Assembly: GCA_964509765.1 (NCBI GenBank)
Contig: CAZDYI010000011.1
Location: 12,824 to 76,823 of the forward strand
Length of the DNA: 64,000 nucleotides
Direction: 5' to 3'
From: an uncultured Gammaproteobacteria bacterium
Lineage (GTDB): Bacteria > Pseudomonadota > Gammaproteobacteria > Tethybacterales > Tethybacteraceae
In this document: positions 20,972 through 31,666 of the stretch, piece by piece
Layout: each line of letters opens with the position of its first letter
Numbering within the stretch: the first letter of the stretch is position 1
Made by a program: the position numbers and the translations under genes
Notes under the pieces: generated by a model
Told to the model about the DNA's origin: nothing
Seen by the model: only the letters and a program-made list of their open reading frames with translations
Database searches by the model: none

Positions 20972-22407
20972 TGGACTCTGCGGCGGACTTCCTGGAGCCG
21001 TACTCAAGGCAGGGCGCTGCCCTGGCCGACGACTCAAGGCTCGTCGGAAAGGGCGACGTATTCGTCGCGCGGCGCGGCGGGACACATGACGGCTTCGACC
21101 ACGTCGAGGAGGCGATCGCCAAGGGCGCCGGCGGAGTCCTGCACGAGGAGGACTCGTCCTGGAACGAGAAGTGGAGCGTCCCCCACTGCGGCGTCGCGGG
21201 CCTGTCCGCGAACATCGGCGCGATCGCCGCGCGGTACTTCGGCTCGCCGAGCGAGGGGATGACGGTCGTCGCGGTGACCGGGACCAAGGGCAAGTCGTCG
21301 ACGTCCTACTGGTGCGCGCAGCTGCTCGGCTCGAAGGGCCCCTGTGGATACGTCGGCACGATCGGCAAGGGAGTCACCGGCGGGAAGCTGGCCAACACCG
21401 GGATCACCACTCCGAGCGCGGCCGAGCTGCAGGCCGAGCTCGCGCGGTTCGCCGGGGCCGGATGCGGGCATGCCGTGCTCGAGGCCTCCTCGCACGGCCT
21501 GGAGCAGGGCAGGCTCCTCGGCGTCGCATGCGACGTCGCGGTGTTCACCAACCTCGGCGTCGACCACCTCGACTACCACGACACGCCGGGCGAGTACCTC
21601 AGGGCCAAGGCGAGGCTGTTCGAGATTCCCGGCCTGCGCTGCGCCGTGATCAACGCGGACGACACGGCATCCAAGGAGGTCGTTGCGTCGACGACCGCAG
21701 GCGAAGTGACCCGGGTCGGACAGGGCGACGCGGCCGACCTGCGCTGGTCGCTGCTGCGCGATGAGGGCAAGGCGGCGAAAGCGCGGCTCGAGTCCGACGG
21801 AAGGGCCATGGAGTGCGCGCTGCCCGCGCCGGGCGCGCACAACGCGTCGAACCTCGCGCTAGCCGCGGCCGCGGCGATGAAGGCCGGCATGGCCTGGGAC
21901 GAAATCGAGGCGGCCGCGGGCAGCCTCAGGAGCCTGCCCGGCAGGATGGAGCGCGTCAAGGGCGGCGACGTCGCGGCCTACGTCGACTTCGCGCACACCC
22001 CCGAGGCGCTCGAGGCGGCGCTTGTCTCGCTCGCCGAGGAGCACCCGGGCTCGCGGATCACCTGCGTCTTCGGCTGCGGCGGCAACCGCGACCGGTCCAA
22101 GCGCCCTCTGATGGGCGAGGTCGCTGCGCGGCTCGCCGACCGGGTGATCGTCACCTCGGACAACCCCCGCGACGAGGACCCCGCGGACATCGCGGCCGAG
22201 GTCGCGGAGGGCGCGGGCGGAAGCGCCGAGACCGTTCTCGACCGCGCGAAGGCGCTCGCCGCGGCCGTGCGCGAGGCGGAGGCCGGCGACGTCGTTCTCG
22301 CCGCCGGCAAGGGCGACGAGACCGAGACCGTCGGTAAGGGCGGCAGCGCCGTCCCGTTCTCCGACGCGAAGGAGCTGCGCAAGGCGATCGGCGGGAGGGG
22401 AAAGTGA
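20971..22407 (+). CDS. murE: UDP-N-acetylmuramoyl-tripeptide--2,6-diaminopimelate ligase
   Basis: Mur ligase with 'VTGTKGKSST' P-loop; ATG overlaps the ftsI TGA. Confidence 0.9.
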   Translation: MDSAADFLEPYSRQGAALADDSRLVGKGDVFVARRGGTHDGFDHVEEAIAKGAGGVLHEEDSSWNEKWSVPHCGVAGLSANIGAIAARYFGSPSEGMTVVAVTGTKGKSSTSYWCAQLLGSKGPCGYVGTIGKGVTGGKLANTGITTPSAAELQAELARFAGAGCGHAVLEASSHGLEQGRLLGVACDVAVFTNLGVDHLDYHDTPGEYLRAKARLFEIPGLRCAVINADDTASKEVVASTTAGEVTRVGQGDAADLRWSLLRDEGKAAKARLESDGRAMECALPAPGAHNASNLALAAAAAMKAGMAWDEIEAAAGSLRSLPGRMERVKGGDVAAYVDFAHTPEALEAALVSLAEEHPGSRITCVFGCGGNRDRSKRPLMGEVAARLADRVIVTSDNPRDEDPADIAAEVAEGAGGSAETVLDRAKALAAAVREAEAGDVVLAAGKGDETETVGKGGSAVPFSDAKELRKAIGGRGK

Positions 22408-23765
22408 ACAACGTGTTCGGATCCGGACAGGAGGAAAACCCGAAGGTGGCCGCGATGGTCACCGGCGGACAGTGGAAGCGGGGGATGCCGGAGGCCTTCG
22501 GCGACGTCAGCTTCGACTCGAGGATCATCGCCCAGGGCGAGGTCTTCGCAGCGCTCAAGGCAGCGCGCGACGGCCACGACTTCGCCGGCGAGGCGACCGA
22601 GAGGGGCGCGTCGGCCCTGCTCGTCAGCCGCGAGGTCGACGTCTCGCTCCCGCAGCTGGTCGTCGCCGACACCTCGCGGGCGCTGCTCGACCTCGGACAC
22701 TGGCGGCGCGCGTCCTACGGCGGCGAGCTCGTCATGGTCACCGGCAGCAACGGCAAGACCACGACCAAGGAGATGGTCAGCTCGGTCCTGCGGAGGTTCG
22801 CCGGCGACGATGCAGTGCTCGCGTCGGAGCACAGCTACAACAACCACATCGGCCTGCCGGTCGCGCTTTCGCGGCTCCGCCCGCGCCACGGCTTCGCGGT
22901 CGTCGAGGCCGGCATGAACAGGGCGGGCGAGATCGCCAGGCACACGCGGCTCGCGCAGCCGACCGCGGGAGTGATCACCAACGCCGGCCGCGCCCACCTC
23001 GGGCACTTCAGGAGCGAGGAGGAGATCGCGCGCGCCAAGGGCGAGCTGATCACCCAGATCGCGACGGGCTCGCCGGTGGTCGTCAACGTCGACAACAAGT
23101 TCTTCCCGCTGTGGCGCTCGATGGGCACGCACACCGACCTGCACGGCTTCTCGCACTCCGGCGACCGGCACGCCTCGTGCCGGAGGGTGCCCGACCGCGA
23201 CTTCTTGTTCTCGTTCACCGGGAGCAACATGCTCCACGAGCTGTGCATGCAGGTCCCCGGCCGGCACAACGAGGAGAACGCTCTGGCCACCGCAACGGTC
23301 TGCTGGCTGCTCGGCGTCCCGGTCACGACGATCTGCGAGGGACTCGAGTCCTTCGCCGGCGTGCCCGGCCGCCAGGAGATCGTCCACGTCAAGGGCGGGA
23401 TCCTGATCAACGACTCGTACAACGCATCGCCGGAGTCCTTCATGGAGGCGCTCGACGGCCTGCGCAGCAGGCCGGAGTCGCACAAGGTCCTGATCATGGG
23501 CGACATGCTCGAGCTCGGGCAGCACTCGGCCGACATGCACACCCAGGTCGTGCGCAAGGCGCAGGAGCTCGGCGTGCGCGAGATACTCGCCTTCGGCGAG
23601 CACAGCTCCGAGGCCGCGGCGGCCGCGGGCGGAAACGGCTTCGACAGCAAGGATGACCTCGTCGCCGAGGCGCGCAAGCTCCTAGACGGCAGCTGCGTGA
23701 TGCTCATCAAGGGCTCGCGCGGCATGCACATGGAGGACGTCACCCGGGGGCTTTCGGGGAACTGA
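22404..23765 (+). CDS. murF: UDP-MurNAc-pentapeptide synthetase
   Basis: Mur ligase with 'VTGSNGKTTTK' P-loop; synteny within the dcw cluster. Confidence 0.9.
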   Translation: MNNVFGSGQEENPKVAAMVTGGQWKRGMPEAFGDVSFDSRIIAQGEVFAALKAARDGHDFAGEATERGASALLVSREVDVSLPQLVVADTSRALLDLGHWRRASYGGELVMVTGSNGKTTTKEMVSSVLRRFAGDDAVLASEHSYNNHIGLPVALSRLRPRHGFAVVEAGMNRAGEIARHTRLAQPTAGVITNAGRAHLGHFRSEEEIARAKGELITQIATGSPVVVNVDNKFFPLWRSMGTHTDLHGFSHSGDRHASCRRVPDRDFLFSFTGSNMLHELCMQVPGRHNEENALATATVCWLLGVPVTTICEGLESFAGVPGRQEIVHVKGGILINDSYNASPESFMEALDGLRSRPESHKVLIMGDMLELGQHSADMHTQVVRKAQELGVREILAFGEHSSEAAAAAGGNGFDSKDDLVAEARKLLDGSCVMLIKGSRGMHMEDVTRGLSGN

Positions 23766-23769
23766 GCGG

Positions 23770-24855
23770 ATGCTTTTCATGCTCGCCGAAAGGCTCACCG
23801 GAAGCTTCGGGTGGCTCAACCTGTTCACCTACGTCACCACCCGCTCGGTGTGCTCGGCGTTCACTGGCATGATCGTCGGCTTCCTCGTCTACCCGGGCTT
23901 CATCCGCTGGCAGCGCGAGGCCGCGGTCGGGCAGCACGTGCGCGACGACGGGCCCGCCAACCACCTCGCCAAGGCCGGCACGCCGACGATGGGCGGGGTC
24001 GTGATCCTGTTCGCGACGCTCTGCGCGACGATCCTGTGGGGCGACCTGTCGAACCTCACCCTCGTCGCGGTGATGATCGCGCTCGCGCTGTTCGCCGCGA
24101 TCGGCTTTCTGGACGACTGGCGCAAGTTCCGCCACGCGAACAGCAAGGGACTGTCGGCCGGCGCGAAGATCGCCCTGCAGACCGCGGCCGCGGCCGCGAC
24201 GCTCGCGATGATGTGGACGCTCACCCCGGTCGGCGAGCAGGGCGGGATACTCGTCCCGTACTGGAAGGACCTGGTCCTGCCGCTCGGCGTCGTCGGCTTC
24301 TTCGCGCTCGGCCTGCTATGCATCGTCGGCTCGTCCAACGCCTTCAACCTCACCGACGGGCTCGACGGCCTCGCGATCATGCCGGCGGTGATGATCTGCT
24401 CGGGACTCGGCGTTCTCGCGTACGTCGCCGGCCACAACGTCTTCGCCGACTACCTCGGCCTGCCGAGCATACCCGGCTCGCAGGAGCTCGTGATCTTCTG
24501 CGCGGCGCTCTGCGGGGCGGGACTCGGCTTCCTCTGGTACAACGCGGCCCCCGCGCAGGTGTTCATGGGCGACACAGGCTCTCTCGCGATCGGCGCCTCG
24601 CTCGCAGCGGTCGCGGTCGCGGTCCGCCAGGAGCTCGTCTTCGCGATCATGGCCGGGCTGTTCGTCCTCGAGGCCGCGTCGGTGATCCTGCAGGTCGGCT
24701 CGTTCAAGCTCACCGGCCGGAGGATCTTCCGCATGGCGCCGCTCCACCACCACTTCGAGGAGAAGGGCTGGCCGGAGAACATCGTCGTCGTGCGCTTCTG
24801 GATCATCACCATCGTTCTCGTGCTCATCGGCCTGTCGTCGATGAAGATAAGGTGA
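23770..24855 (+). CDS. mraY: Phospho-N-acetylmuramoyl-pentapeptide transferase
   Basis: Polytopic membrane protein, 361 aa, with the 'NLTDGLDGLA' MraY motif. Confidence 0.9.
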   Translation: MLFMLAERLTGSFGWLNLFTYVTTRSVCSAFTGMIVGFLVYPGFIRWQREAAVGQHVRDDGPANHLAKAGTPTMGGVVILFATLCATILWGDLSNLTLVAVMIALALFAAIGFLDDWRKFRHANSKGLSAGAKIALQTAAAAATLAMMWTLTPVGEQGGILVPYWKDLVLPLGVVGFFALGLLCIVGSSNAFNLTDGLDGLAIMPAVMICSGLGVLAYVAGHNVFADYLGLPSIPGSQELVIFCAALCGAGLGFLWYNAAPAQVFMGDTGSLAIGASLAAVAVAVRQELVFAIMAGLFVLEAASVILQVGSFKLTGRRIFRMAPLHHHFEEKGWPENIVVVRFWIITIVLVLIGLSSMKIR

Positions 24856-26240
24856 GCGACCGGGTGCTGGTCCTCGGGCTCGGCCTGACCGGGCTGTCGC
24901 TGGTCCGTCACTTCTCAAGGTGCGGGTGCGAGGTCGAGGTCGCCGACGAGCGCGACTCGCCGCCGCAGGCTGCGGCGCTGTCCGCGGAGTTCCCGGGCGT
25001 CAGGCTTCGCCGGGTCGACGGCTACGCAGAGCTTGCGGGCGAGGCGGACTCGTTCGGCACGGTCGCCGTCTCGCCGGGCATACCGCCGTCCGCCCTTCCG
25101 CAGGGGCTGGCCGACAGGGCCGTCGGCGACCTCGATTGCTTCCTCGACTCCTACCGCGCGCGGTGGCCGACGGACGACAGGCGCCCGACCCTCATCGCGG
25201 TTACCGGGACCAACGGCAAGAGCACCTGCGCTGCGCTTGCGGCGGGCATGCTCGGCGCCGCCGGCGAGAGCGCCGAGGCGGTGGGCAACATCGGCGTGCC
25301 GCTCCTCGACGCGATGGGCAGGTGGGAGGAGGACGGGGGGCCGCGGCATGTGGTCGCGGAGCTGTCGAGCTTCCAGCTCGCGCGGCTTTCGCGCCCGCTC
25401 GGCGCCGACGTCGCGTGCCTGCTCAACCTGACTCCCGACCACCTCGACTGGCACGGAAGCGAGGAGGCCTACGGCGGGGCGAAGGCCAGGGTCTTCGACG
25501 GCGCCGCGGTCGGCATCGTCGACGCGACCGACGGGTCCTGCCGCGCGCTCGCTGCCGCGGCCGCGACGATCTGCAGCTTCGGCCCGGACCAGCGCGGCGA
25601 GGGGCGCTGGTGCACAGACGGCGACTCGGTCGAGCTCGTCGGAAGCGACGGCGCGTCCGTCGCGGCCGGAACGCTGCTCGCCTCCGGCATCGTTCCCGCA
25701 ACCGCGTGCGCCGCGCTTTGCATTGCGGGATGCGCGACGGGCTGGCGCGACTGCGAGGGCGACCTTCGGTGGCTCGTGGGGACGGAAGGCCTTCCGCACA
25801 GGTTCGAGACGGTGTCCGAGGTGTCGGGCGTCAGGTACGTGAACGACTCCAAGTCGACCAACGAGGCGGCCGCGCGCGCGGCGCTCGCGGCGGTTGGCGG
25901 GAAGTGCGTGCTGATAGCGGGCGGCGAGGGCAAGGGCCAGAGCTTCCGCAGGCTCGCTGAGGCCGCGGCGGGAAAGGCCGCGGTTGCCGTGCTCATCGGG
26001 GCGGACGCTGAAGCGATGCGGGCCGAGCTCGAGGGCGAGGGCGTTCCGTGCAGGAGCGCTGGCGGAATGGACGAGGCGGTGGCCCTTGCGGCCGAGCAGG
26101 CGGACAGGCTCGGGGCGGACACGGTCCTGCTCTCGCCGGCGTGCGCGAGCCAGGACGGCTACGCCGACTTCGCCGAGCGCGGCGACGCGTTCAGGAAGTC
26201 CGTCGCGGGACTCGAGGAGCGGGAACGTGTCCGCGCCTAG
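24854..26240 (+). CDS. murD: UDP-N-acetylmuramoylalanine--D-glutamate ligase
   Basis: GTGA overlap with mraY; 'VTGTNGKST' P-loop. Confidence 0.9.
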
Positions 26241-27414
26241 GTTCCGCGTTAGGCTCCAGGTCCTGCGCGGCGACGTCGCGCGGGTAGACCGGGTGCTGCT
26301 TACCGCGACCGGCGCCTTGCTTACGATCGGCTTCATCGCGGTGTTCTCGTCGACGATCACCCACGACGGCGGGCAGGGCGCGTACGTCTTCCTCGCCAAG
26401 CAGATGGTCCACGCCGCGATCGGCGTCGCCGCCGGCGTCGCGGTGTGGATGTTCCTGCCGATGCGGCAGCTGCGCGACCGCTCGGCGCTCGTCGCCGGAG
26501 TCGCTGTGGCTTCGCTGCTGTTCGTCCACCTGCCGTTCCTCGGCGTCGCGACCGATCTCGGCGCGGCGCGCTGGATCGACCTCGGCGTGATGACCGTCCA
26601 GCCGGTCGAGATCGCGAAGATCGCCGTGATCGTCTACGTCTGCGCGTACTGTGCGGCCAACCGCGAGAACCTCGGGACGCTGGGGGGATTCCTGCGCCCG
26701 CTCGGGATGGTTCTCGCCGCGGACCTGTTCCTGATGACGCAGCCGGACTTCGGCTCGGTCGTCCTGCTCACCTTCCTCGCCCTGGCCGCGATGTTCATCG
26801 CCGGCGCCGGGCTCGTCTACTTCGCAGTCGCCGCAGGCTCGCTCGCGGCGCTTGCGGGTCTCGCCGCGGTCGCGGCGCCCTACAGGATGCAGAGGCTGCT
26901 CGCGTTCTCGGACCCGTTCGCCGACCCGCTCGGCTCGGGCTACCACCAGACGCACTCGCTGATGGCGATCGGCAGGGGAGGGTGGACCGGAAGCGGGCTC
27001 GGCCAGAGCGTCGAAAAGTGGGCGCACCTGCCCGAGGCGCACACTGACTTCATCGTCTCGGTGATCGCGGAGGAGACCGGCATGATCGGCTTCATCGTCG
27101 TCCTCGCGCTCTACGGGCTGATCATGCACCGCGCCTTCGACATCGCAGGCCACGCGGAGCGGTGCGGGAAGATGTTCGAGGCGCTGCTTGCGCGGTCGAT
27201 CGGATTGCTGCTGGTCGTGCAGTGCTTCATCAACGTCGGCGGCAACCTGTCACTGCTTCCGGTAAAGGGCCTGACGCTGCCGCTGATCTCGTACGGCGGG
27301 TCGAGCCTCGTCGCCTGGCTGGTCACCATCGCGCTCCTGCAGGTGATCGCCGCGGACACCGAGATGCTCGAGGAGCGGATACTCGACCGCGAGCGGGGGA
27401 CGGCAGCGGCGTGA
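26227..27414 (+). CDS. ftsW: Peptidoglycan glycosyltransferase FtsW (SEDS family)
   Basis: 10-TM SEDS-type protein between murD and murG. Confidence 0.85.
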   Translation: MSAPRFRVRLQVLRGDVARVDRVLLTATGALLTIGFIAVFSSTITHDGGQGAYVFLAKQMVHAAIGVAAGVAVWMFLPMRQLRDRSALVAGVAVASLLFVHLPFLGVATDLGAARWIDLGVMTVQPVEIAKIAVIVYVCAYCAANRENLGTLGGFLRPLGMVLAADLFLMTQPDFGSVVLLTFLALAAMFIAGAGLVYFAVAAGSLAALAGLAAVAAPYRMQRLLAFSDPFADPLGSGYHQTHSLMAIGRGGWTGSGLGQSVEKWAHLPEAHTDFIVSVIAEETGMIGFIVVLALYGLIMHRAFDIAGHAERCGKMFEALLARSIGLLLVVQCFINVGGNLSLLPVKGLTLPLISYGGSSLVAWLVTIALLQVIAADTEMLEERILDRERGTAAA

Positions 27415-28481
27415 GCGCCGGCGTGGTCATCTGCGGAGGGGGGACCGGCGGGCACATCAACCCCGGCCTGGCCGTCGCCGCCGAGCTTCGGGAGATGGGG
27501 ATCGCGGTCGACTGGCTCGGAACCAAGGGCGGGATGGAGGAGCGGCTCGTCCCCGAGGCGGGGCTACCCCTGCACACCGTGCGCTTTTCCGCGCCGAGGG
27601 GAGGGCTTGCCGGGCTCGCGGCCTGCCTTGCGCGCCTCGTGCCCGCGGCGCTGGCCGCAAGGAAGGTGCTGCGCGGGCTGGACGCGCGCGTCGTGCTCGG
27701 CATGGGCGGCTACCCGTCCCTGCCAGGGGTGTTCGCGGCGCTCGGCGGGCTCGCGCGGCGGCTCGTCCACGAGCAGAACGTCGTCCCGGGCCTGGCCAAC
27801 CGACTGCTCGCGCCGCTCGCGCACGGCGTGCTGACGAGCCATCCCGGGACGCTGTCCAAGCACGGACCGCAGCTGACGGGCAACCCGATCGGCAGCCGCT
27901 TCGCCGGGATTCCGGAACCCGCCGAGCGCTTCAGGTGCAGGGAAGGCAGGCTGCGACTCCTTGTGATCGGCGGCAGCCAGGGCGCGAGGGCGCTCAACGA
28001 AGGCGTTCCGAACGCGCTGAAGGGATCGGACGCCTGGAGCGTCGAGCATGCATCCGGCGAGTCGTCCGTCGAGTCGACGCGCGGCGCGTACGAAACCGCA
28101 GGGGTTCCGCACGAGGTCGGAGCGTACTTCGGCGACGTTGACAAGAGGATGGCGGACGCCGACCTCGTCGTCTGCAGGGCGGGGGCAGCGACGGTCGCCG
28201 AGATCGCGTGCGTGGGAGCGGCGTCGATCCTGGTTCCGTACCCGCACGCGCGCTCGCACCAGCGGCAGAACGCCGCTGCGCTCGTAAGCGCGGGCGCGGC
28301 GCTCGAGCTCGACGACTCCGATGCTGCCGACGGCAAGGCGCTCGCGCGGATGCTTGCGGACCTGGCGGACCGCGGCCGGCTGCTCGGGATGGCGCAAAAG
28401 GCAAGGGAAGGCGCGCGCCCGGACGCGGCGCGCGAGGTCGCGCTCGCCTGCGAGCGGGAGATGGAGAAGGGCGGTGTATAA
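27411..28481 (+). CDS. murG: UDP-GlcNAc:undecaprenyl-PP-MurNAc-pentapeptide GlcNAc transferase
   Basis: 'GGGTGGHINPGLAVA' N-terminal motif; GTGA overlap with ftsW. Confidence 0.9.
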   Translation: MSAGVVICGGGTGGHINPGLAVAAELREMGIAVDWLGTKGGMEERLVPEAGLPLHTVRFSAPRGGLAGLAACLARLVPAALAARKVLRGLDARVVLGMGGYPSLPGVFAALGGLARRLVHEQNVVPGLANRLLAPLAHGVLTSHPGTLSKHGPQLTGNPIGSRFAGIPEPAERFRCREGRLRLLVIGGSQGARALNEGVPNALKGSDAWSVEHASGESSVESTRGAYETAGVPHEVGAYFGDVDKRMADADLVVCRAGAATVAEIACVGAASILVPYPHARSHQRQNAAALVSAGAALELDDSDAADGKALARMLADLADRGRLLGMAQKAREGARPDAAREVALACEREMEKGGV

Positions 28482-29859
28482 GATCAAGCGCCTGCACTTC
28501 ATCGGCATCGGCGGCGCCGGGATGTCCGGGATAGCTGAGGTCCTCCACAACCTCGGCTACGAGGTAAGCGGATCCGACATCAGCGAGAGCGACGCGACGC
28601 GCTCTCTCGCGAAGACCGGGATCAAGCTGCGGATCGGCCACGACGCCGGAAACGTAAACGGCGCGGACGCCGTGATCGTCTCGTCGGCCATACCCGCCGA
28701 GAACCCCGAGCTGATCGCCGCGCGCAAGCAGAACCTGCCGGTCGTGCCGCGCGCGACGATGCTCAACGAGCTGCTGCGGCTGCGGCAGGGCATCGCGGTC
28801 GCGGGCAGCCACGGCAAGACGACGATCACGAGCATGATCGCAAGCGTCCTCCACGAGGGCGACCTCGACCCGACGTACGTCGTCGGCGGGCTCGTGCGCA
28901 GGTTCGGCGCGAGCGCGGGGCTGGGCACCGGCAAGTTCATCGTCGTCGAGACCGACGAGTCCGACGGGTCGTTCCTGCACCTCTCGCCGGTGATTGCGGT
29001 CGCGTCGAACATCGACGCCGACCACCTGCAGACCTACGACGACGACCTGCGCAGCCTCAAGCGCGCCTTCATCGACTTCTTCGAGAACCTGCCGTTCTAC
29101 GGCGTAGCGGTCCTGTGCCACGACGACGACGAGCTGCGCGATGTCGGCGCGCTGATCTCCAAGCGGACGATCAGCTACGGCGTCCGCGACCCGGAGGCGG
29201 ACTTCCACGGATACGACATCCGCGTCGGGCCCACCCACACCGAGTTCTCACTCAAGGCGCCGTACGGAACCGACAAGGTCCGCCTCAAGGCGATCGGCGA
29301 GCACAACGTGTCGAACTGCCTGTCGGCGTTCGCCGTCGCGCACGAGATCGGCATGGACGCGGACGACGTCAAGACCGCGCTCGAGAACTTCGCGGGAGTC
29401 GGCAGGAGGCTCGAGACCCACGGCAAGGTGCGCGTCGGCGACGAGGAGGTGCTGCTCGTCGACGACTACGGCCACCACCCGACCGAGATCGCCGCGTCGC
29501 TCGCCGCGATCCGCGCGGCGTACCCGCAGCGGCGGCTGGTGCTCGTGTTCCAGCCGCACCGCTACTCGCGGACCCGCGACCACCAGGAGGGGCTCGCGGA
29601 CGCGCTGTCGACCGCCGACCTGCTCGTGCTCACCGAGATCCACGCTGCCGGCGAGCGCCCGATCGAGAGCGTTTCCGGCGAGGCGCTCGCGCACGCGGTG
29701 CGCCTGCGCGGGCGCGAGGACGCGATCTTCGTTTCCGACCTCGGCGAGATAGCCGACCGCCTCGCGACGGTAGTGCGCGAGGACGACGTAGTCGTGACCA
29801 TGGGCGCCGGCTCGATCGGCAGCCTGCCTGCGCTGCTCAAGGGGGAGATGCCGTCGTGA
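28474..29859 (+). CDS. murC: UDP-N-acetylmuramate--L-alanine ligase
   Basis: 'IHFIGIGGAGMSGIAE' N-terminal motif; 'GSHGKTT' P-loop. Confidence 0.9.
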   Translation: MYKIKRLHFIGIGGAGMSGIAEVLHNLGYEVSGSDISESDATRSLAKTGIKLRIGHDAGNVNGADAVIVSSAIPAENPELIAARKQNLPVVPRATMLNELLRLRQGIAVAGSHGKTTITSMIASVLHEGDLDPTYVVGGLVRRFGASAGLGTGKFIVVETDESDGSFLHLSPVIAVASNIDADHLQTYDDDLRSLKRAFIDFFENLPFYGVAVLCHDDDELRDVGALISKRTISYGVRDPEADFHGYDIRVGPTHTEFSLKAPYGTDKVRLKAIGEHNVSNCLSAFAVAHEIGMDADDVKTALENFAGVGRRLETHGKVRVGDEEVLLVDDYGHHPTEIAASLAAIRAAYPQRRLVLVFQPHRYSRTRDHQEGLADALSTADLLVLTEIHAAGERPIESVSGEALAHAVRLRGREDAIFVSDLGEIADRLATVVREDDVVVTMGAGSIGSLPALLKGEMPS

Positions 29860-30755
29860 TGCCCGCGCGAAGCGACACCCCGCGCGGCAGGACCGTGACC
29901 TGCGCGCCGATGTCACGGTACAACTCGTGGCGCGCGGGCGGAAGCGCTGAGACCCTGTTCTTCCCGGAGGACGTAGACGACCTCGCGCTGTACCTATCGG
30001 GGATCGGCGAGGGCGAGGACGTCATGTTCGTCGGCCTCGGGTCGAACCTGCTCGTGCGCGACGGCGGCATCGGGGGGACAGTCGTGCGCACCGCGCCGGG
30101 GCTGTGCGCCCTGGAGGACGCAGGCAACGGAACCGTGCGCGCAGAGGCCGGCGTCGCGATGCCCAAGCTCGCGCGCTTCGCGGCCAAGTGCGGCCTCGGG
30201 GGCGCGGGCTTCATGGCCGGCGTGCCGGGAACGGTCGGCGGGGCCCTCGCGATGAACGCGGGCTGCTTCGGCTCGGAGACCTGGGAGTTCGTGCGCAAGG
30301 TCGCCGTCGCGGAGCCGTCCGGAGCCGTGCGCGAGCTGGTCGCGGAGGAATTCGAAATCGGATACCGAACGGTGAGGCACGCAGGGTTCGCCCCTCTGTG
30401 GTTCGTCGCTGCCGAGTTCTCCTTCCCGCGCAGGAAGGAGGGCGAAAACGAGGCCGACCGCGAGGTCATGAGAAGGCGCGACGAGACCCAGCCGATCGGG
30501 ACGGCGAACTCGGGGTCGGTGTTCAAGAACCCGCCGGGGGACTCCGCCGGAAGGCTGATCGAGGCGGCCGGGCTTTCGGGAAAACAGGTTGGAAACGCAA
30601 TGGTTTCCGAAAAGCACTGCAACTTCATAGTCAACACCGGCGGGGCGACCGCGGCGGACATAGAGGACCTCATCGATGAGGTTCGCGAAAAGACGAAAAG
30701 GCACAGCGGCGTCGGGCTCGAGCTTGAGGTGCGCATCGTCGGGGAGAGGGCGTGA
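29859..30755 (+). CDS. murB: UDP-N-acetylenolpyruvoylglucosamine reductase
   Basis: FAD-binding MurB pattern; position between murC and ddl; start overlaps the murC stop (GTG 29856 is also possible). Confidence 0.85.
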   Translation: MPARSDTPRGRTVTCAPMSRYNSWRAGGSAETLFFPEDVDDLALYLSGIGEGEDVMFVGLGSNLLVRDGGIGGTVVRTAPGLCALEDAGNGTVRAEAGVAMPKLARFAAKCGLGGAGFMAGVPGTVGGALAMNAGCFGSETWEFVRKVAVAEPSGAVRELVAEEFEIGYRTVRHAGFAPLWFVAAEFSFPRRKEGENEADREVMRRRDETQPIGTANSGSVFKNPPGDSAGRLIEAAGLSGKQVGNAMVSEKHCNFIVNTGGATAADIEDLIDEVREKTKRHSGVGLELEVRIVGERA

Positions 30756-31666
30756 GCAAGGACTTCGGCAAGGTCGCACTGCTGCAGGGCGGGACCTCGC
30801 CCGAGCGCGACATCTCGCTGCTGTCGGCGAAGATGGTCGGCGAGGCACTCGACTCAATCTGCGAGGAGGTCGTGCGCTTCGACACGAAGGAGCGGCCCGT
30901 GTGGGAGCTCGCCGACATGAAGGTCGACGCGGCCTTCAACATCCTCCACGGCGGCGAGGGCGAGAACGGCGTCGTCCAGGCGGCGCTCGAGCTCATGAAG
31001 GTCCCGTACACCGGCTCGCGGCACCTCGCCTGCGCGCTCGCGCTCGACAAGGACCTCTGCAAGACGCTCTGGCTCCACGAGGCGCTCGCGACGCCGATGT
31101 GGACCGTCGCGACCGACTCCGACGAGCGGACGGTCGACCGGATCCACCTCGAGCTCGGCCGCGACCTGTTCGTCAAGCCGAACAACGGCGGGTCGAGCAT
31201 CGCCACCCGCAGGGTGTCCGGGCGCGACGACCTCGCCGAGGCGATCGACCAGGTCGTCGACGCCGAGGGCGACCGCGCGCTCGTCGAGCAGAGCGTCGAC
31301 GGGGTGGAGATCACCTACGCGATCGTCGGCGACGAGATCCTGCCGGGGATCAGGATCGAGGTCGAGAGCGGCTTCTACGACTACGACGCGAAGTACGTCC
31401 TCGACACGACCGAGCTCATCTGCCCCCCGCAGCTCACGGGCGACCTCGACGAGGCAGCGAGGAGCCTTTCGCTCGAGGCCTTCAGGGCCCTCGGCTGCGA
31501 GGGCTGGGGCAGGGTGGACCTCATGGCGAGCGGCCGCGAGGTGTTCCTGCTCGAGGTCAACACCATACCCGGGATGACCGACCACTCCCTGGTCCCGCGC
31601 GCCGCGCGCGAGATGGGCTGGGACATGCCCGGGCTCTGCGGGCGGATACTGGGGCTCGCGCGGTGA
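30752..31666 (+). CDS. ddl: D-alanine--D-alanine ligase
   Basis: ATP-grasp protein, 304 aa; ATGA overlap with murB; synteny. Confidence 0.9.
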   Translation: MSKDFGKVALLQGGTSPERDISLLSAKMVGEALDSICEEVVRFDTKERPVWELADMKVDAAFNILHGGEGENGVVQAALELMKVPYTGSRHLACALALDKDLCKTLWLHEALATPMWTVATDSDERTVDRIHLELGRDLFVKPNNGGSSIATRRVSGRDDLAEAIDQVVDAEGDRALVEQSVDGVEITYAIVGDEILPGIRIEVESGFYDYDAKYVLDTTELICPPQLTGDLDEAARSLSLEAFRALGCEGWGRVDLMASGREVFLLEVNTIPGMTDHSLVPRAAREMGWDMPGLCGRILGLAR